A stretch of DNA of 49,061 nucleotides from Pelomyxa schiedti (GCA_020536535.1 JAHLWZ010000914.1:1-49061); one strand, 5' to 3'; shown: positions 1 through 12,300, numbered from the stretch's first letter. The notes: a model not told the origin generated them from the sequence alone. Numbers and translations: made by a program.

Positions 1-8
1 ACACACAC

Positions 9-203
9 CATCTGTTGTATTTTAGCGGCGACGGCGGCAGCCTCGGCGATGTACTCGTCGTAGTCGTGGCGCAGTCTGCGGCACGTACCCGCCTTGATCT
101 TGGCATCACGCTTAACACCTGCCACACCGCCACTTTGTGTCGAAGACCCGCAGCGCACGCCCACCCGCCCGCAACTCGTTGTACTCGTAGTACTAGACAT
201 CAT
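9..203 (-). CDS. TBCA: Tubulin-specific chaperone A, first exon (gene continues beyond window start)
   Basis: Minus-strand ATG at 203 reads MMSSTTSTTSCGRVGVRCGSSTQSGGVAGVKRDAKIKAGTCRRLRHDYDEYIAEAAAVAAKIQQM, followed by a GT donor at 8-7. This aligns with the cofactor A N-terminus (RQIKIKTGVVKRLVKE..YEKEA....KIEKM). Not in the ORF track. Confidence 0.8.
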
Positions 204-631
204 TGTTTGAGCTGTCTTTTGGTTTTTCTCGAATGCATTCGGGATCAGATAGAAGATTTCCTTGCCAGAGGGTCCACTCCAAGGAGGAGAAGTACTACGA
301 GAAGCTTGATGTTCCTTATGTTATCATCATGCATGAGGGATTGAATCGATCAAGGTCGAGATTGAATCAGCCTTTGTTTATTTTGGATGTGTACTCCGGG
401 TCATGATGATCGGATCTCGCGTAGTTCCTGGAATGACACTTTCAGCTGTAACAAAGAATTCTGGTAAGTCAGGGGACTATGCGTTATTCCACAACATTTC
501 TCACCTTGCTTCCTCCTGCCTTTATAACCAAACAACAACAAACCATCACAAACCGAAAAAAAACCAAGTGACGGTGGTGGTGAGCAACCAAGAACAAGCA
601 ACAACAACAACAAGAACCCACACAAACAAAA

Positions 632-2197
632 ATGATCGCGGTCATGACTTACAGTAAACAAGCCACTGGGCCCCTTGCGTTCTCTCCATTATCTCCACTA
701 TCATCACCCTCATCACCATCATTTCCAGAGCGCAAGAGCAGGCGATCGCCATCACCCTCTCGCCATTACAACGCGCGTTACTCCAGTTCTCTTGCTCCCT
801 CCTCCTCCTCCCTCAGTGACCGTGATGTTGTCAAGACAACTGCGGCGGTGTACACCCGTGACCAGTTCTTTGCGTTCGCAGTGTCATCACACCGCAGGTG
901 CGGGAGCATAAGCCCAGCACACATCCTCGTGCAGAGTGCCCCGTTGCTGAGGTTCCTGTGGGACAACTTGTCACTCGGGGGTGGGGTACCTGCTTCGCAG
1001 CTGCGTTCATTGAATTGTGCTGGAACTGACTCCTCTGCCTTATTGGATTCTTTGCGTTCTTATTCTCTTCCTGACTCGAGGAGTGGTAGTTGTATGGCTG
1101 AGGGTAGTTCTTGTTGTTGTGGCCGTAGGTGCAGGAGCTTTGCCGTTTCTGTATCAGCATACTGTTCCAGTGGAGAGTGCTCTAGCAGAACCGTGACATT
1201 CGATTTATCTCCTCTGCTTCTGGGTCTCACTGGGAGTGTCACACACCACGAGTGGCAGTGGGGAGTTACATGGGTGGATTCGCGGCTATGTGTTGCTCAG
1301 ATAGCTGGCTCTTCCGATGGGATCACAAGTTATTACTTGCAGGACAGGGCCAGGGGGCTCCAGAGGCCGCTTCTGAAGGACTCGGAGACTGTTCTCAATG
1401 AAGATATGCACAGTACAAACGGGAAGTGGTGGGTGGCCTGTGTTGGAAGTAGTTCCGTTGCGGTCAAAAACCTGATGGAGGGTAGTTCTGGTGCTAATAA
1501 CCAAGAACATCATAGCTTTGCGAGGGTTCCTCGTGCTGACAGCAGTGCTGAATGTGTAGACAAGGTGATGATTAGCAAGTGCAATGAAGATGAGGCCGTG
1601 ATCGTGAGCCATTGCTCTGGAGATAAGTCCAGAATGCGGATTGAGGTGATAGACCTCAATCAGACGCTCTTGGGCAACACACTGTCAGTGGTGAGTACCA
1701 CGAGGCCTCTGTTTCCATCATCTGATTCGAGGAACCTTGTGTCAACATCCACACTGGCTCTTAAGAAACGAAACGGTGCAAGGGTGTTCATAGTAAAAGC
1801 TGTTGTCAGAGACCCGATGAGGGCTATCGTCTACCAAGTTGATGAGGTCACGGGAATAACAACAGAACTTACCAGCATTCCAATGGTAATGGGTGGGTCG
1901 AACTCCTGGAGCTCTGGGCTTTCCCAGCTAAGTGATTCACAGTTCTGTATATCACAGAGGAACGAGATATGGGACTGCAACAGCTCATTGAATCCAGTGA
2001 GGACACTAAGTACCGAGGGAACAAGAAAAGGGCGAAACGTGCAAGTCGTGGCCGAGTCTGGATTCTTGATTGAAGTTGAGCATAAGTCGCTAAGAGTGGT
2101 TGAGGAGTCATCAGGTTTTGAGGTGCTTGCTCTTGACTTCCTTGTCCCTCAGCTAGTATCGTTGTCAATCAAGAAAACCTCATGCACATATGTTTAA
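632..2197 (+). CDS. Intronless 521-aa hypothetical protein of a lineage-specific family (N-terminal TRDQFFAF..HRRCG..SP motif, beta-rich C-terminal region)
   Basis: Long uninterrupted ORF. Shares spaced motifs with the 4214-5226 gene (RxQFxA, RC...SP, NGKW, AVI...IDL..T...L.V). Confidence 0.8.
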   Translation: MIAVMTYSKQATGPLAFSPLSPLSSPSSPSFPERKSRRSPSPSRHYNARYSSSLAPSSSSLSDRDVVKTTAAVYTRDQFFAFAVSSHRRCGSISPAHILVQSAPLLRFLWDNLSLGGGVPASQLRSLNCAGTDSSALLDSLRSYSLPDSRSGSCMAEGSSCCCGRRCRSFAVSVSAYCSSGECSSRTVTFDLSPLLLGLTGSVTHHEWQWGVTWVDSRLCVAQIAGSSDGITSYYLQDRARGLQRPLLKDSETVLNEDMHSTNGKWWVACVGSSSVAVKNLMEGSSGANNQEHHSFARVPRADSSAECVDKVMISKCNEDEAVIVSHCSGDKSRMRIEVIDLNQTLLGNTLSVVSTTRPLFPSSDSRNLVSTSTLALKKRNGARVFIVKAVVRDPMRAIVYQVDEVTGITTELTSIPMVMGGSNSWSSGLSQLSDSQFCISQRNEIWDCNSSLNPVRTLSTEGTRKGRNVQVVAESGFLIEVEHKSLRVVEESSGFEVLALDFLVPQLVSLSIKKTSCTYV

Positions 2198-2411
2198 ACC
2201 CAAACAAACAAACGTTTGTGTTGTGTAAACAGGAAAACAATTTTGTCAATTTTTGTAACATGCAGGAACTTAGTTTCTTGTTTTCTACTCAAAACGATTG
2301 AGAGCTCTCGATGACACTCGGCACCAATCAACACGACTTGATCGATGGACGCTTCACGTAAAAAGGCAACACGAAATTTCGGAACACCAAAAAAAAAGAA
2401 CTTTTGAGGAG

Positions 2412-4151
2412 ATGAAGGGGGTAGCAGCAGGGAAGTGGTGTGTTGTAGCGATAGTGATTGTTGTTGTAGTGATGATGATGAGTGGACTTTGTTGCGGCAA
2501 CGGCGTACCTGACGCGTACGGGTACCCCAATGCAAACGAGAGAAAAGTATGTAGTACTTGTGGGATTGGCCTTTTTTTTTTTTTTTTTATTTTCCCCTCA
2601 CACCGATTTTGTATTTTGTCTCCTATTGCGTTATAGTTGTTTCAAAATATTTTGAAAATAATTATTGATAGTTCTTGGTTCTGCTGAACAATGCGCGGGC
2701 AGACCCTGAGACTGCTCTGGCTGATTGTGCTGGGCCACCCGATGGTCCTTGCAAGGTTTAAATCCAGCTTTGTTTGTTTAGTAAAATAACAAAACAGCTA
2801 ACCTTCTGTAGGAGAAGGTAAACTGTTATGGACCAGTTCGCCCTTTGACTTTTACCAAGTTGAATGCCCATGCTTCAAGGTAGAAAAAAGCGTTGAAAAC
2901 CCATTCCCCTTTGACCACTGCACAGATTTCATTCACAGCATATGACAACAGGTATAACAAAATGAGCAAAGTTACAATAAGTAATTTTTTTTTTTTTTTT
3001 TGATTATCAGGTGGATATTTTGCTCATAACTCGAACTGTGAGCTTGTATCAAATATTGAGACACTTTATCTTGGGGGAACGTGTGCAAATGCCGCAGCAT
3101 CTTGCTCGTGTGTGGGAGGTACTCCCACTTGTGGGTCTGGTTGCACGGACCCATGGGAAAGAGTTGCACTGTTTGAAGGTAGTGCGAATGCAGAAGATAT
3201 TTCCAGCACTGAGGACCCCGAGGTTTCGCTTTTATGCTTTTGATTTTTTACTGACTCCAAGCAGACTTCACTCGACATGTTTTTGACTGAGACAGCGGCA
3301 TCCACTACATGTGAATGGAGTTACACAAACGGTCACAGGTTATTTCTTGTAATTTTCTGTCTATCGGAACGAATTTGCAACAAGATATTCCCTGTTGAAA
3401 TACGGCTATGGAATGGGCGTTGGAGCAGCAGGAAAGTTGACCATTGATATGAGCAGCGGAACCGACTCCGATGAAGATATAAAGTACTTCCATTCGATTC
3501 TTATTGGAACTAACCATCAAAAAAAAAAAGTCTGCCGAGTGGAATGAACCTGGGATCCGGAACCTCCGCAGAATTTTGGGCCAACTGGTACCACCCCTCC
3601 CTGGCACCAACAGTTCACAAAGTCAATGTCGACGGGACTTGCTATGACATGGCCGTGGGGCTCTCACAGACCGCCAACAACACAGCGTACACGCACAGCA
3701 TGAGCCTGTCCACCGGGTGCCACAACTACTACTTCGTGTTCAGCGATGGGACCACAGAGCACACATACCCTTCTGCCGGCAGCCTCACAACCGGCACATC
3801 CTGCAGTGATGGATACAGTTCATCATCAAGGCCCGCAAGTTGCGGTGCGTAGCTTTGGACCCCCCCATGTTTTTTTTTCCCCTCTTCCCTAATGAGTTCC
3901 CAGGTGGCACTACAGAAGAATCCGAATCCACTCCCACTTCCACTTCCGCATCGCGATCCAGATCGACGTCGGAATCGCACTCAACTAGCACTTCTAGGTC
4001 ATTGAGCACGAGCACCGGCACTGAATCATCATCCACAACCCATGTGTCATCCAACACGTACCTGTACTCATCAGTTGGCACACTCACCCACCCCTTACTG
4101 CTACTTGTACCCCTCATTGTCGTTGCTGTGGCTCTTTCAGTGTTGATCTGA
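2412..4151 (+). CDS. Secreted, C-terminally membrane/GPI-anchored CAP (SCP) domain protein, spliced
   Basis: Spliced reading: hydrophobic signal (MKGVAAGKWCVVAIVIVVVV..), YPNANERK|FLVLLNNARADP, HASR|FHSQHMTT|GGYFAHNS, DPWERVALF, NAEDIS, NGHR|YSLL..GMGVG (CAP motifs). Then a Cys-containing beta domain (FWANWY..VNVDGTC..GCHNYYFVF), an S/T-rich stalk and a hydrophobic tail ending at TGA 4149-4151. Confidence 0.75.
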
Positions 4152-4213
4152 AGAAGAAACCCACTGTCTTTTTTTTTTTTGTTTCCGAATTCTTAGAAGG
4201 GGTGGTGCACCAG

Positions 4214-5226
4214 ATGGACGACGAGGCGACGACGACGACGATCTCATTTACGCGGACACTCGACGCGCGGTCACACAGTTTGTGGCATTGGCATGTGGAG
4301 CAACAGTTCCTCGTTGTTCTCGTGGCTCCCCCGTGTCCCTGCTGCCTGTCGACCTGTTGGTGAACGAAATCGGACGCAACTGGGTCGTCGCGTTGTTGGA
4401 CCCAGTTGGCTTCTCTGTGGTAAGTGGGTTCACCTCAGAGATAGTTGGCGCCGGTGAGGAGCCGCTGTCCCCTGCGGCACCACCACCACGCTCTCTGTAC
4501 TCGGACTGCTGTGTGGTTTTCGTTGGGGTGTCACACACGCTTGGTGTTGTGTGGCACAAGTTGCGGTGGTTTGGTGGTACCGCTTCTTCATGCTCAGTTA
4601 CTATTGAGTGCTACCTGGGGAGTTCTCGGTGGATAGCCAGGTTCATAAATGAGTGTTCATTCTCTGAGAGCGCTGACGCACACTGTCGTCCCGGGGACCA
4701 CCACTTTTTTGTGATGAGCGATGATGGGAGATGTGTTAGGAGCATCCACGACGGACGGATCACTGTCACAGAGCGCAGCAAATGGAAGAGCAATGGAAAG
4801 TGGCTGATCTTGAGTGCTGAGCGTCTCTTTAAAAACCAAATGAAAGTGTGGAGGCTCAATGCAGGCCTGCCTGTGGGCGATTGTGCGGTGCTGCAGACTC
4901 ACTCTCCCGCGAGTTTCCTTGAGCATGCCAGTTTCAATTCTTCTGTAGATGACAACCAGGCTGTGATAGGCTGTGGGAGAGACGATCAGTGGGAGTTGCT
5001 CTTTGTTGACTTGAAAACAAGCTTCCTCACAGGTAACCTGTTTGTTACCGGGAGTCTATCTCTTCCATACAAGAGTCTACGTGAAGTTCTGTGGCTTTCA
5101 CGTGATGAAATTCTCACAGTGCATGTAGACTTCCGCGGGCGGGGCAGGGTTTACAACACGCTGACTGGTCGCTATGTCAACTTTTTGTCATGTTGGGACT
5201 GGAAAAGTGCTGTTTGTACTCTCTGA
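4214..5226 (+). pseudogene. Second member of the intronless orphan family, with an apparent 2-nt frameshift near the 5' end (pseudogene or sequence error)
   Basis: ATG 4214 (MDDEATTTTISFTRTLDARS) is 68 nt from the main ORF at 4282. Removing one CA from tcacacag (4271-4278) restores DARSQFVALACGATVPRCSRGSPVSLLPVDLL. The ORF is shorter than its 521-aa paralog. Confidence 0.55.
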
Positions 5227-5502
5227 GGCACGCACAACCCCAAGTTCAAACGAGTCATCAAAACCGCAATTTTACCATCGGCCTCGTCCCGATTCACCTC
5301 CCTGGCCCGAGAGCCCGCTTATTTCGTTGGTGGAATGATCCGCCATCCTGGTTCTCTGTACCCTGTGAAGGGAAAATTCTGAAATGTGTGGAACACATCT
5401 GGGCCAGACACATTCCGTTTCGTGGTCTTTCCAGCCTCTGAGGAGCAGCACATTGTCAGACAAATTTCGTTCTAAGAGGAATTTCTCGGAAACAGATCAA
5501 GA

Positions 5503-8500
5503 ATGAAACAGGCGACACCGTTTCGGTCATCGGCAGGCGATACCGACGACGAGGACGGGGAACCCCCCACCGCGACCGCAACCATCACCCCGGAACCACG
5601 ACGGAGGACACCTGCCGAATCGAGCTACAACGCCCACCCCCACCACCCCGTCGCAACCAAGCCGCGGCTGCGACGGCCGCCTCCTGGAGAAAGTACAACG
5701 ACCACTGCGCCAGAGCAGCGGCGCGCGGATCCCCGCCACCACCACCACCACCAGCACAGGCGGCCGGAGGAACAAACAATCGAGAAAAGTTCGGAGGCTA
5801 GTGGGGGAGCGAGAGGGAGAGGGGGAGGGGGAGGGGGCGGGGGCGGCCGGCAGCACCAGCGCCGCGGAGGTCGTGCTGCTGCCGCTGCTGCAACCAACAC
5901 AGGCACGAGCACCACCACTACGAGCCCAGTGTATGTCACAGCGGTGGGCGGCGTGGCTGCACTCGCCAGCACCGGGCACAGGGCTATGCACCAAAACCAC
6001 AGTTATGGGATCGTTGGCGCTGCGAGCGAGGAGGGGGAACGTGAGGCCGACGACGTGGCGGGGGGTAGCGATAACGATCCCGGCCGCGGTGGTGATTATG
6101 GGTGTGGTGGTGGTGGTGGTGGTGACCAACGAGGGGATGATGATGAGGATATCAACGACTGTTGTTTGGCAACAACAAACACATCAACATCATTCCAACA
6201 GGGTTCCACTGGAGTGGGTGATGGAGATGGGAATGTTGGGGAAGGAACTGGGCGTGGGTACAGTTACTTGGGGAGTATGCATGCATTTTCCGGAGATAGT
6301 GTCCAGTTGGATGCCGCAAGTACTGGTGGCACATTAATGACTGAAGTGTGTGGATTGTTTCACACCTGTTATACTTTTTTTTTTTTTTTTGCCAAAAAAA
6401 CACAGTGATCCAAATTCCAATGTATTCCAACAACAAACACAAGAGTTATACTGATTTGACCAGTGATTACAGTGATGACGAGTCGTACAGTTTTGTGAGT
6501 ACAGCAAGTCAGATTGTACCCCCTACACTTGGAAACATTGTCAAACTTAAAAGACAAATTAGTCACTGGAAACACCAAGTTGCTCGCCTGGAGAGAGAAA
6601 AACACTTGATTGGTAATGCTCCCTCCTCTGAAATCAACTCATTTCCGCGCAGAAATGCAGTCCCAGTCCGAGCTCAACGAACTTCATGAGCAATTTGTTG
6701 CTGAACAAGAGCAATTTTCGTTGCAAGTTGAAGAACTACAAGAGAAACAGAAACGGCTCGAGCAGGAACACCCGCTTCTGAGTGAACGCTTGCAAACCTT
6801 GCGAGAGTCACTGGCGGATGTGACGACCATTTGTATTTCCGATGAGCGGTTTGTACCATTCAATAGAAATGAATACATCTTTACGTATCTATAGGGCACA
6901 GGCCCTGAAAGTTGTTCCAGAAGAGCAACTGCCTCTTACAGACCTCATTGCTTTGAAAATTTACAATATAGTTGCCCCCGCTCGAAGACAGACAGATCAA
7001 TTAAAAAGAGAGAACGACGCCCTAAGTGGCCAGGTTATCCTCCGATACAGCGTAAATCTTTGTGCTGATAAAGTTCTGTTTAGGTTCGCCAGCTTTCTTC
7101 AGATATGAAAACAGAGCAAACACAACTCGAATCAGCACTGGCGACCACCAAGGACGACTTAAATCGGTGCACAGTGGAGAGGGATGTACTGAAAGAGAGG
7201 AACTCCCACCTGCTGGCTGATCTAAGAGAGAGGGATTCCACAGTGGCATCACTTCAAACTGATTCCGAAAAATTTAAAGCTGTACTCAAACCCCAAGATT
7301 TTTTCCGAAACCTCATATCCCTTAGGTAAGCAAGGACCTTGCTCAGTGCAAAACCGAGTTGCAAGAAGCTCTGAGGCGAGTCAGAGAATTGGGAATCGAA
7401 AATGAATCAATAAAATCCAGTGCGGGTGCCACACAGAGCAATGCTGCTGGTAATAGTCGCAGGCAAGTGCTCTTATATTTTCACCTTGTTCATTGTTCAA
7501 AAGAGCTGAGATGCTCACACTTGATAAAGACTTCCTCACCAAGCAAGTTGAGGAGAGCAATGCGAAAATTGAGCAACTGGAAGAGGCTTTGGCAAGGAAA
7601 CGTGTGAGATCGGCCTCACTCAAGCAGAGAAATGACGATCTCGCTCACCAAGTACAAACTCACCTCAAACTCTGGAGGTTTTAATGTCCCACAGGTTCAC
7701 GCTCTGCAAGACGCCCCACGGCAACAATATGAGAGGAGACTGCACGAAGAAATTGACTTGATCCAGAAAAAAATGATTTCTGACGTTACAGAGATGCGTG
7801 CTCAATCGCAACATTCCCTGGAACTGCAAACAACAGCTTTACGCGAAGTCTGCCCCGCCTCTATTATTATTACTATTAAAAACGTGGCTCACATTTCCTC
7901 AGGCACGGGATTCAGCAATAGCAGAGTGCAAACGTCTCAAACTTGAAGTGGAATCGTGGCGTGAAAAATACGAGCACAGCAATAATACTCATTCTCAGCT
8001 CACCAGTTCTTTGGAGTTACGTTTATCCGAGGCACTCAATAATGCCAAGGTGAAGCAATTTGAATTGGATCGCATCATGCTTCAGTATACTGCTGCCCAA
8101 TCAGAGTCTGCAAGAGCCGGAATTGAATGCGAGAAATACAGAAAGAAACTGGACTTATTGACCTCAGAGTACCGTTCACTACAGGTGAGCATTCCGTCTT
8201 TTTCCCGGAAGTCAGTCTCAAAGAACTTCAGGCTTCATATGACAATCAAATACACGACCTTATGTCTCAGCTGCAGCAACGGGAGTCTCGCATTAACCAG
8301 CTTCAAGATGACAGTGGGTACTTTGCCGGAAATTTAGGAACAGCACAAACACTGACCAAAAAGGTTTGCACAGCAGAAAATTCTTTCCATATTCACTCAC
8401 CGGGAACTAAGATTGCCGACCTGGAGAAAAGTCTCACAGAGCAGAAGAATATGCTGGACTCGACCGCGGCACAGCTCGTGCAAGCAAACTCTTCACTTTC

Positions 8501-8999
8501 CCTCGTCCAGCAACCACAGAAATTCCTCATAGACAAAGTCCGGCAACATGAAACTACAGCATCACAACAGGCCCACGAACTACAATCCCTGAGGCAGAAG
8601 CTCTCACAGTCAGAGGGCGAATGCAGCCGGCTGATTCAAAGAAACGCAGCACTAGAACAGAAAGTGCTCAAAGTTGCCACTCTCAAAGAAAAGGTTCTCA
8701 CCAGCCTATCCCAACAACAGCAACAGCAACAGCAACAACAACAACAATCGTTCACAGCAACCACACACCGCAACAGCATAAACCCAGCCAACAACACAGC
8801 AACACTCGCCCAATCTGTAAATACCACCACGCAACCACAATCATCACCACCTTCTCTCACCAATACCTCCACACCACCAGCTTGGTCCACAAAGCTATCA
8901 CAGAAGCTTCAACTTCAAACACAGTCCAGGCCAACCACAATCCCATCATCATGTACATCATATCACCAACCCACAGCCAACCACACCAACAGCCATTAG
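5503..8999 (+). CDS. PIBF1: PIBF1/CEP90-like centriolar coiled-coil protein with low-complexity termini, multi-exon
   Basis: Exon peptides match PIBF1 blocks: ISDERAQALKVVPEEQLPLTDLIALKIY, EMLTLDKDFL, QYERRLHEEIDLI, ALREARDSAIAE, KVKQFELDR, IECEKYRKKLDLLTSEYRSLQAS, QQPQKFLIDKVRQ. Confidence 0.85.
8712..8747 (+). repeat. CAA/CAG repeat encoding polyQ (12 Gln) in the PIBF1 tail
   Basis: caacaacagcaacagcaacagcaacaacaacaacaa seen directly. Confidence 0.9.
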
Positions 9000-9359
9000 T
9001 TGTTGTTCAATCAACAACAAACATCACAGCAGAATGAATTCACCCTGCGCAGAACCACCTACACCAACAACTACAAGGCCCTTTTGCCCCTTCGCAGCAG
9101 CCTTCCGTTTACGGAAGTGGCAAAACGCTCATTCCCGCAACCGACAACGGATTCGCCCCCGGAAGATCACCTTGATCAACAACACACACCCCTGTAACAT
9201 GCACCTCGCGTTGATGTTCAGAGAACGAATGTTTTCAAAACGCCAAGAAGAGGGAGAAAAAAGAACCAGCAACAAAAATTCCCTGTGCGTGAGCTGAACA
9301 GGACACACGAAAAATTATCCGTGTACATATAACACATCCACTTGTGCTTTGTAAACAAC

Positions 9360-12300
9360 ATGAGGAGTAACAGGGTGGGTGATAGTGGTGATGGTGGTGG
9401 GACAGGGGACTATTTGACCCCCCCTGCTGATTGTGATATTGTGGCACGGACACCACCACCTCTATTTGCAACTAACATACCTGGGAGTGTGAGCGGGATA
9501 GAGGGCCATTTGAGGCGAATTGGTACTCCAATAAAACCTAGGGCCAATAAGGCCTCTTGCAGAGGGTATGTGTTGTGTTTGTGCTTGTATTTGACCCGTG
9601 TGCTTTTGTTACTTTTATGAGAGAGGTTGACATAAAAGCAGGTTAGCTGGAATGTGCTCTATGAAGTTCCTTGTACCTGTGACTGCTGCCACGTTCATAG
9701 GAACGATTGTGGTTTGTTGCTTGGCCCCGATGAGTGCACTATGGTTCTCATCAATGAATAGTCTCACAACAACATGCATAAACAGTTTGACGAGGGTATT
9801 TTCCCATTTCCTTTCGTTTGCGACAACCCCGACAGTGACCCATCATTTGACTTTGATTCCAGCAAATTGATGTCTATCGGTCGCTCCTCGTTGAGCAGAG
9901 TGTTGTGGCCGTTTCTGACCAACTTGGGACCCTCCCTTGTGTGGGCGATGTGATTAGCGGTTCTATTCGGGAAGAGGCATTTCTATCTAGCATTCCAGTT
10001 CACAACAATAGCAAGGCATTCAGGTTGCTGTTTCATTCTCTGCTTAGAACGTACCCAGTCAATAATTTGGTTTTTTTCCCCTTTTTTTTGCTGTTTTTTT
10101 TTTTTTTTTTGATTTTCAGCATAGATTGTTGCTTGGGTAAATTCTCAAGGAGAACATATGTATGTAGATAGAGGAGATAGTTGGGGTTACTATGACAGCA
10201 ATGTGGAGTCTGATTTGCATCTTTTCGTGATCAAGGATAATATCTTCACATCACAACCGGCAACTACTCTCACTGATTATAACTTTACAAACAAGGATTG
10301 GTGGTACGTTGATTCATTCAGGGTCCGCTTTTACTCACAGATTCTCTTTATCAGGAAACTTGGCTTAACCGGCTGGAATGGAGCATGGACTCCTATATAT
10401 ATGTCTGCAAATGCGAATGACGGCCGAGTCATTGCGTACACACTTAGAGCTGAAGCCTCTGTGCCAGCTGTGGTGCAAATTACATACACGGTGGTCTACT
10501 TGCAGGACTTCTTCATCGACTTCAATCTTACAGCAAATGGATTGGCTTTCTTGGCTGAAGACCACTCTTTGGAAATCATTGCCGGGACCAGAGGGGTTCC
10601 AGTATCAGTTGCCGGGGACGTATTTGCTAAGAATTGTTCCGTTTCAATGATCACAGCGGTTACAGAAACGGTACTTAGTTTTCTTCCTCTCTAAACATTT
10701 CTCTGGGAATTCACACCAACATAGTGGCTGAATACATCCGGTTTCTTGGAGAGTCACTTTACAATGACATTTGATGAAATGGGCCTTACTTATGTTGACA
10801 TTGTTTCAATCAGGACAAAGGGAAACCTTGTTCTGTGGATGTTTCTCATCACCCCCGAGAAAGTACTTTTAATGGCTCTCATCGTTGCGCTCACAAAAAT
10901 ATGTAAAAAAGGATTTCCTGGACACGGTACGAGAACAGCAACAAGTTGCAATTTCCCACTCCCGAATTTCTCTATGGATTGTACTGTTCCTTGAATTTTG
11001 CATTGGAGCGGTAGCGGTTACCATAAGTGTAGCCCTCTCCCTCGTTTTGGCGAGATCGCTGGGGGAGATCATAAGCAAATTGCAAAGAGTGTCTCGGGGG
11101 CAAATTGCCAAGTATTTGCTTCGCTTTTTGTTGATTTCATAGCTTAATTACTACCAGGACTGACAGCAATACCAACCTAAGAAACAGTATGCTCCAAGAA
11201 ATCGATTCCGTAAGTATTCATGCTATTTGACAAAGCTCATTCCTCAAAAAGTTGAACTGGGAAGTTGCCAGAATGCAATCTGCACTTGAGTCATTCAGCC
11301 AGTAAGTTCCCTGTCTTTTGTTAAAATTTTAACCAACATCTATTTAAGATACGTTCCCAACCAAGTAGTAAGGTATAACCGTTTCATCCATTCCAGTGTT
11401 ATTTTTACACATTATGAAGATACCTGTGCAAGAACAATATGAAACCAGTCGTAGGCGTGAGCACAATGCATTGTACCGTGATGTTTCTGGACGTTGTTGA
11501 CTTTGTATGTGGACAACCCTTTCTTTAGTTACGTGACTGTGTGTTACAGACCCGGAATATGGATCAACATGGTGCACAAACTATCATTGACATACTCTCC
11601 ATCATGTTTGAGTCATTTTCTACTATAATCACGAAAAATCAGGGCTGTATTGACAAGGTACTGATTTATCTCAGTAATACTTAGATAAATCTAACATTCC
11701 AAAAGTATATTGGGGATGCCATTATGGTGAGCAATAATCGAAATCCCTTTTCCGAACTAAAAAGGAAAAAAGGCGTTGTGGGGGTGCCCGGTTATTGATC
11801 ACAACTCTGAATTTCATGCATGCAAAGCTGTGGCAGAAATTTTGGATTCTCTTTCAAAACTGAATATGATTTTCGCAGCGAAATCTTACCCTACAATGCG
11901 AGTGCGCATCGGGGTGTGTTCTACCTTATGAAACTAAGGCCCTTACCAAAACCTAGTTGCATTCCGGGGAAGTAAAAGCTGGCAATGTTGGGTACAGGCG
12001 TAATCTTTCTTTCTTTTCCTCTGATTCTTTCCAAGGTCAAGTCACCGGCTCAACTATACTGTATTAGGTATTTCTCCTTTAGTTGTTGTAATTTATTTAC
12101 TCCGGCACAGGAAACACGGTGAATTTGGCCAGCCGATTAGAGCCTCTCAGTAAAGAACTTGGCACCTCAGTTCTTGTATCTAGTAGCATTAGGGATGCCG
12201 CAAAATCCAGCGGTGCTTTTTCTTGGCGAGCCCTTGGTCACACCAAAGTATTCTAAGTTACCTACATGTGAAGTGTAATGGATTGCAGGTGCGGGGCTTC

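Noticed and set aside
204-631. Small ORFs between the divergent TBCA and 632 genes
   Set aside because: No recognisable protein or RNA motif; most likely a bidirectional promoter and UTR.
5224-5382. Possible TGA readthrough or selenocysteine extending the 4282 ORF
   Set aside because: The downstream peptide has no recognisable family motif, no SECIS is evident, and TGA is an ordinary stop in other genes here.
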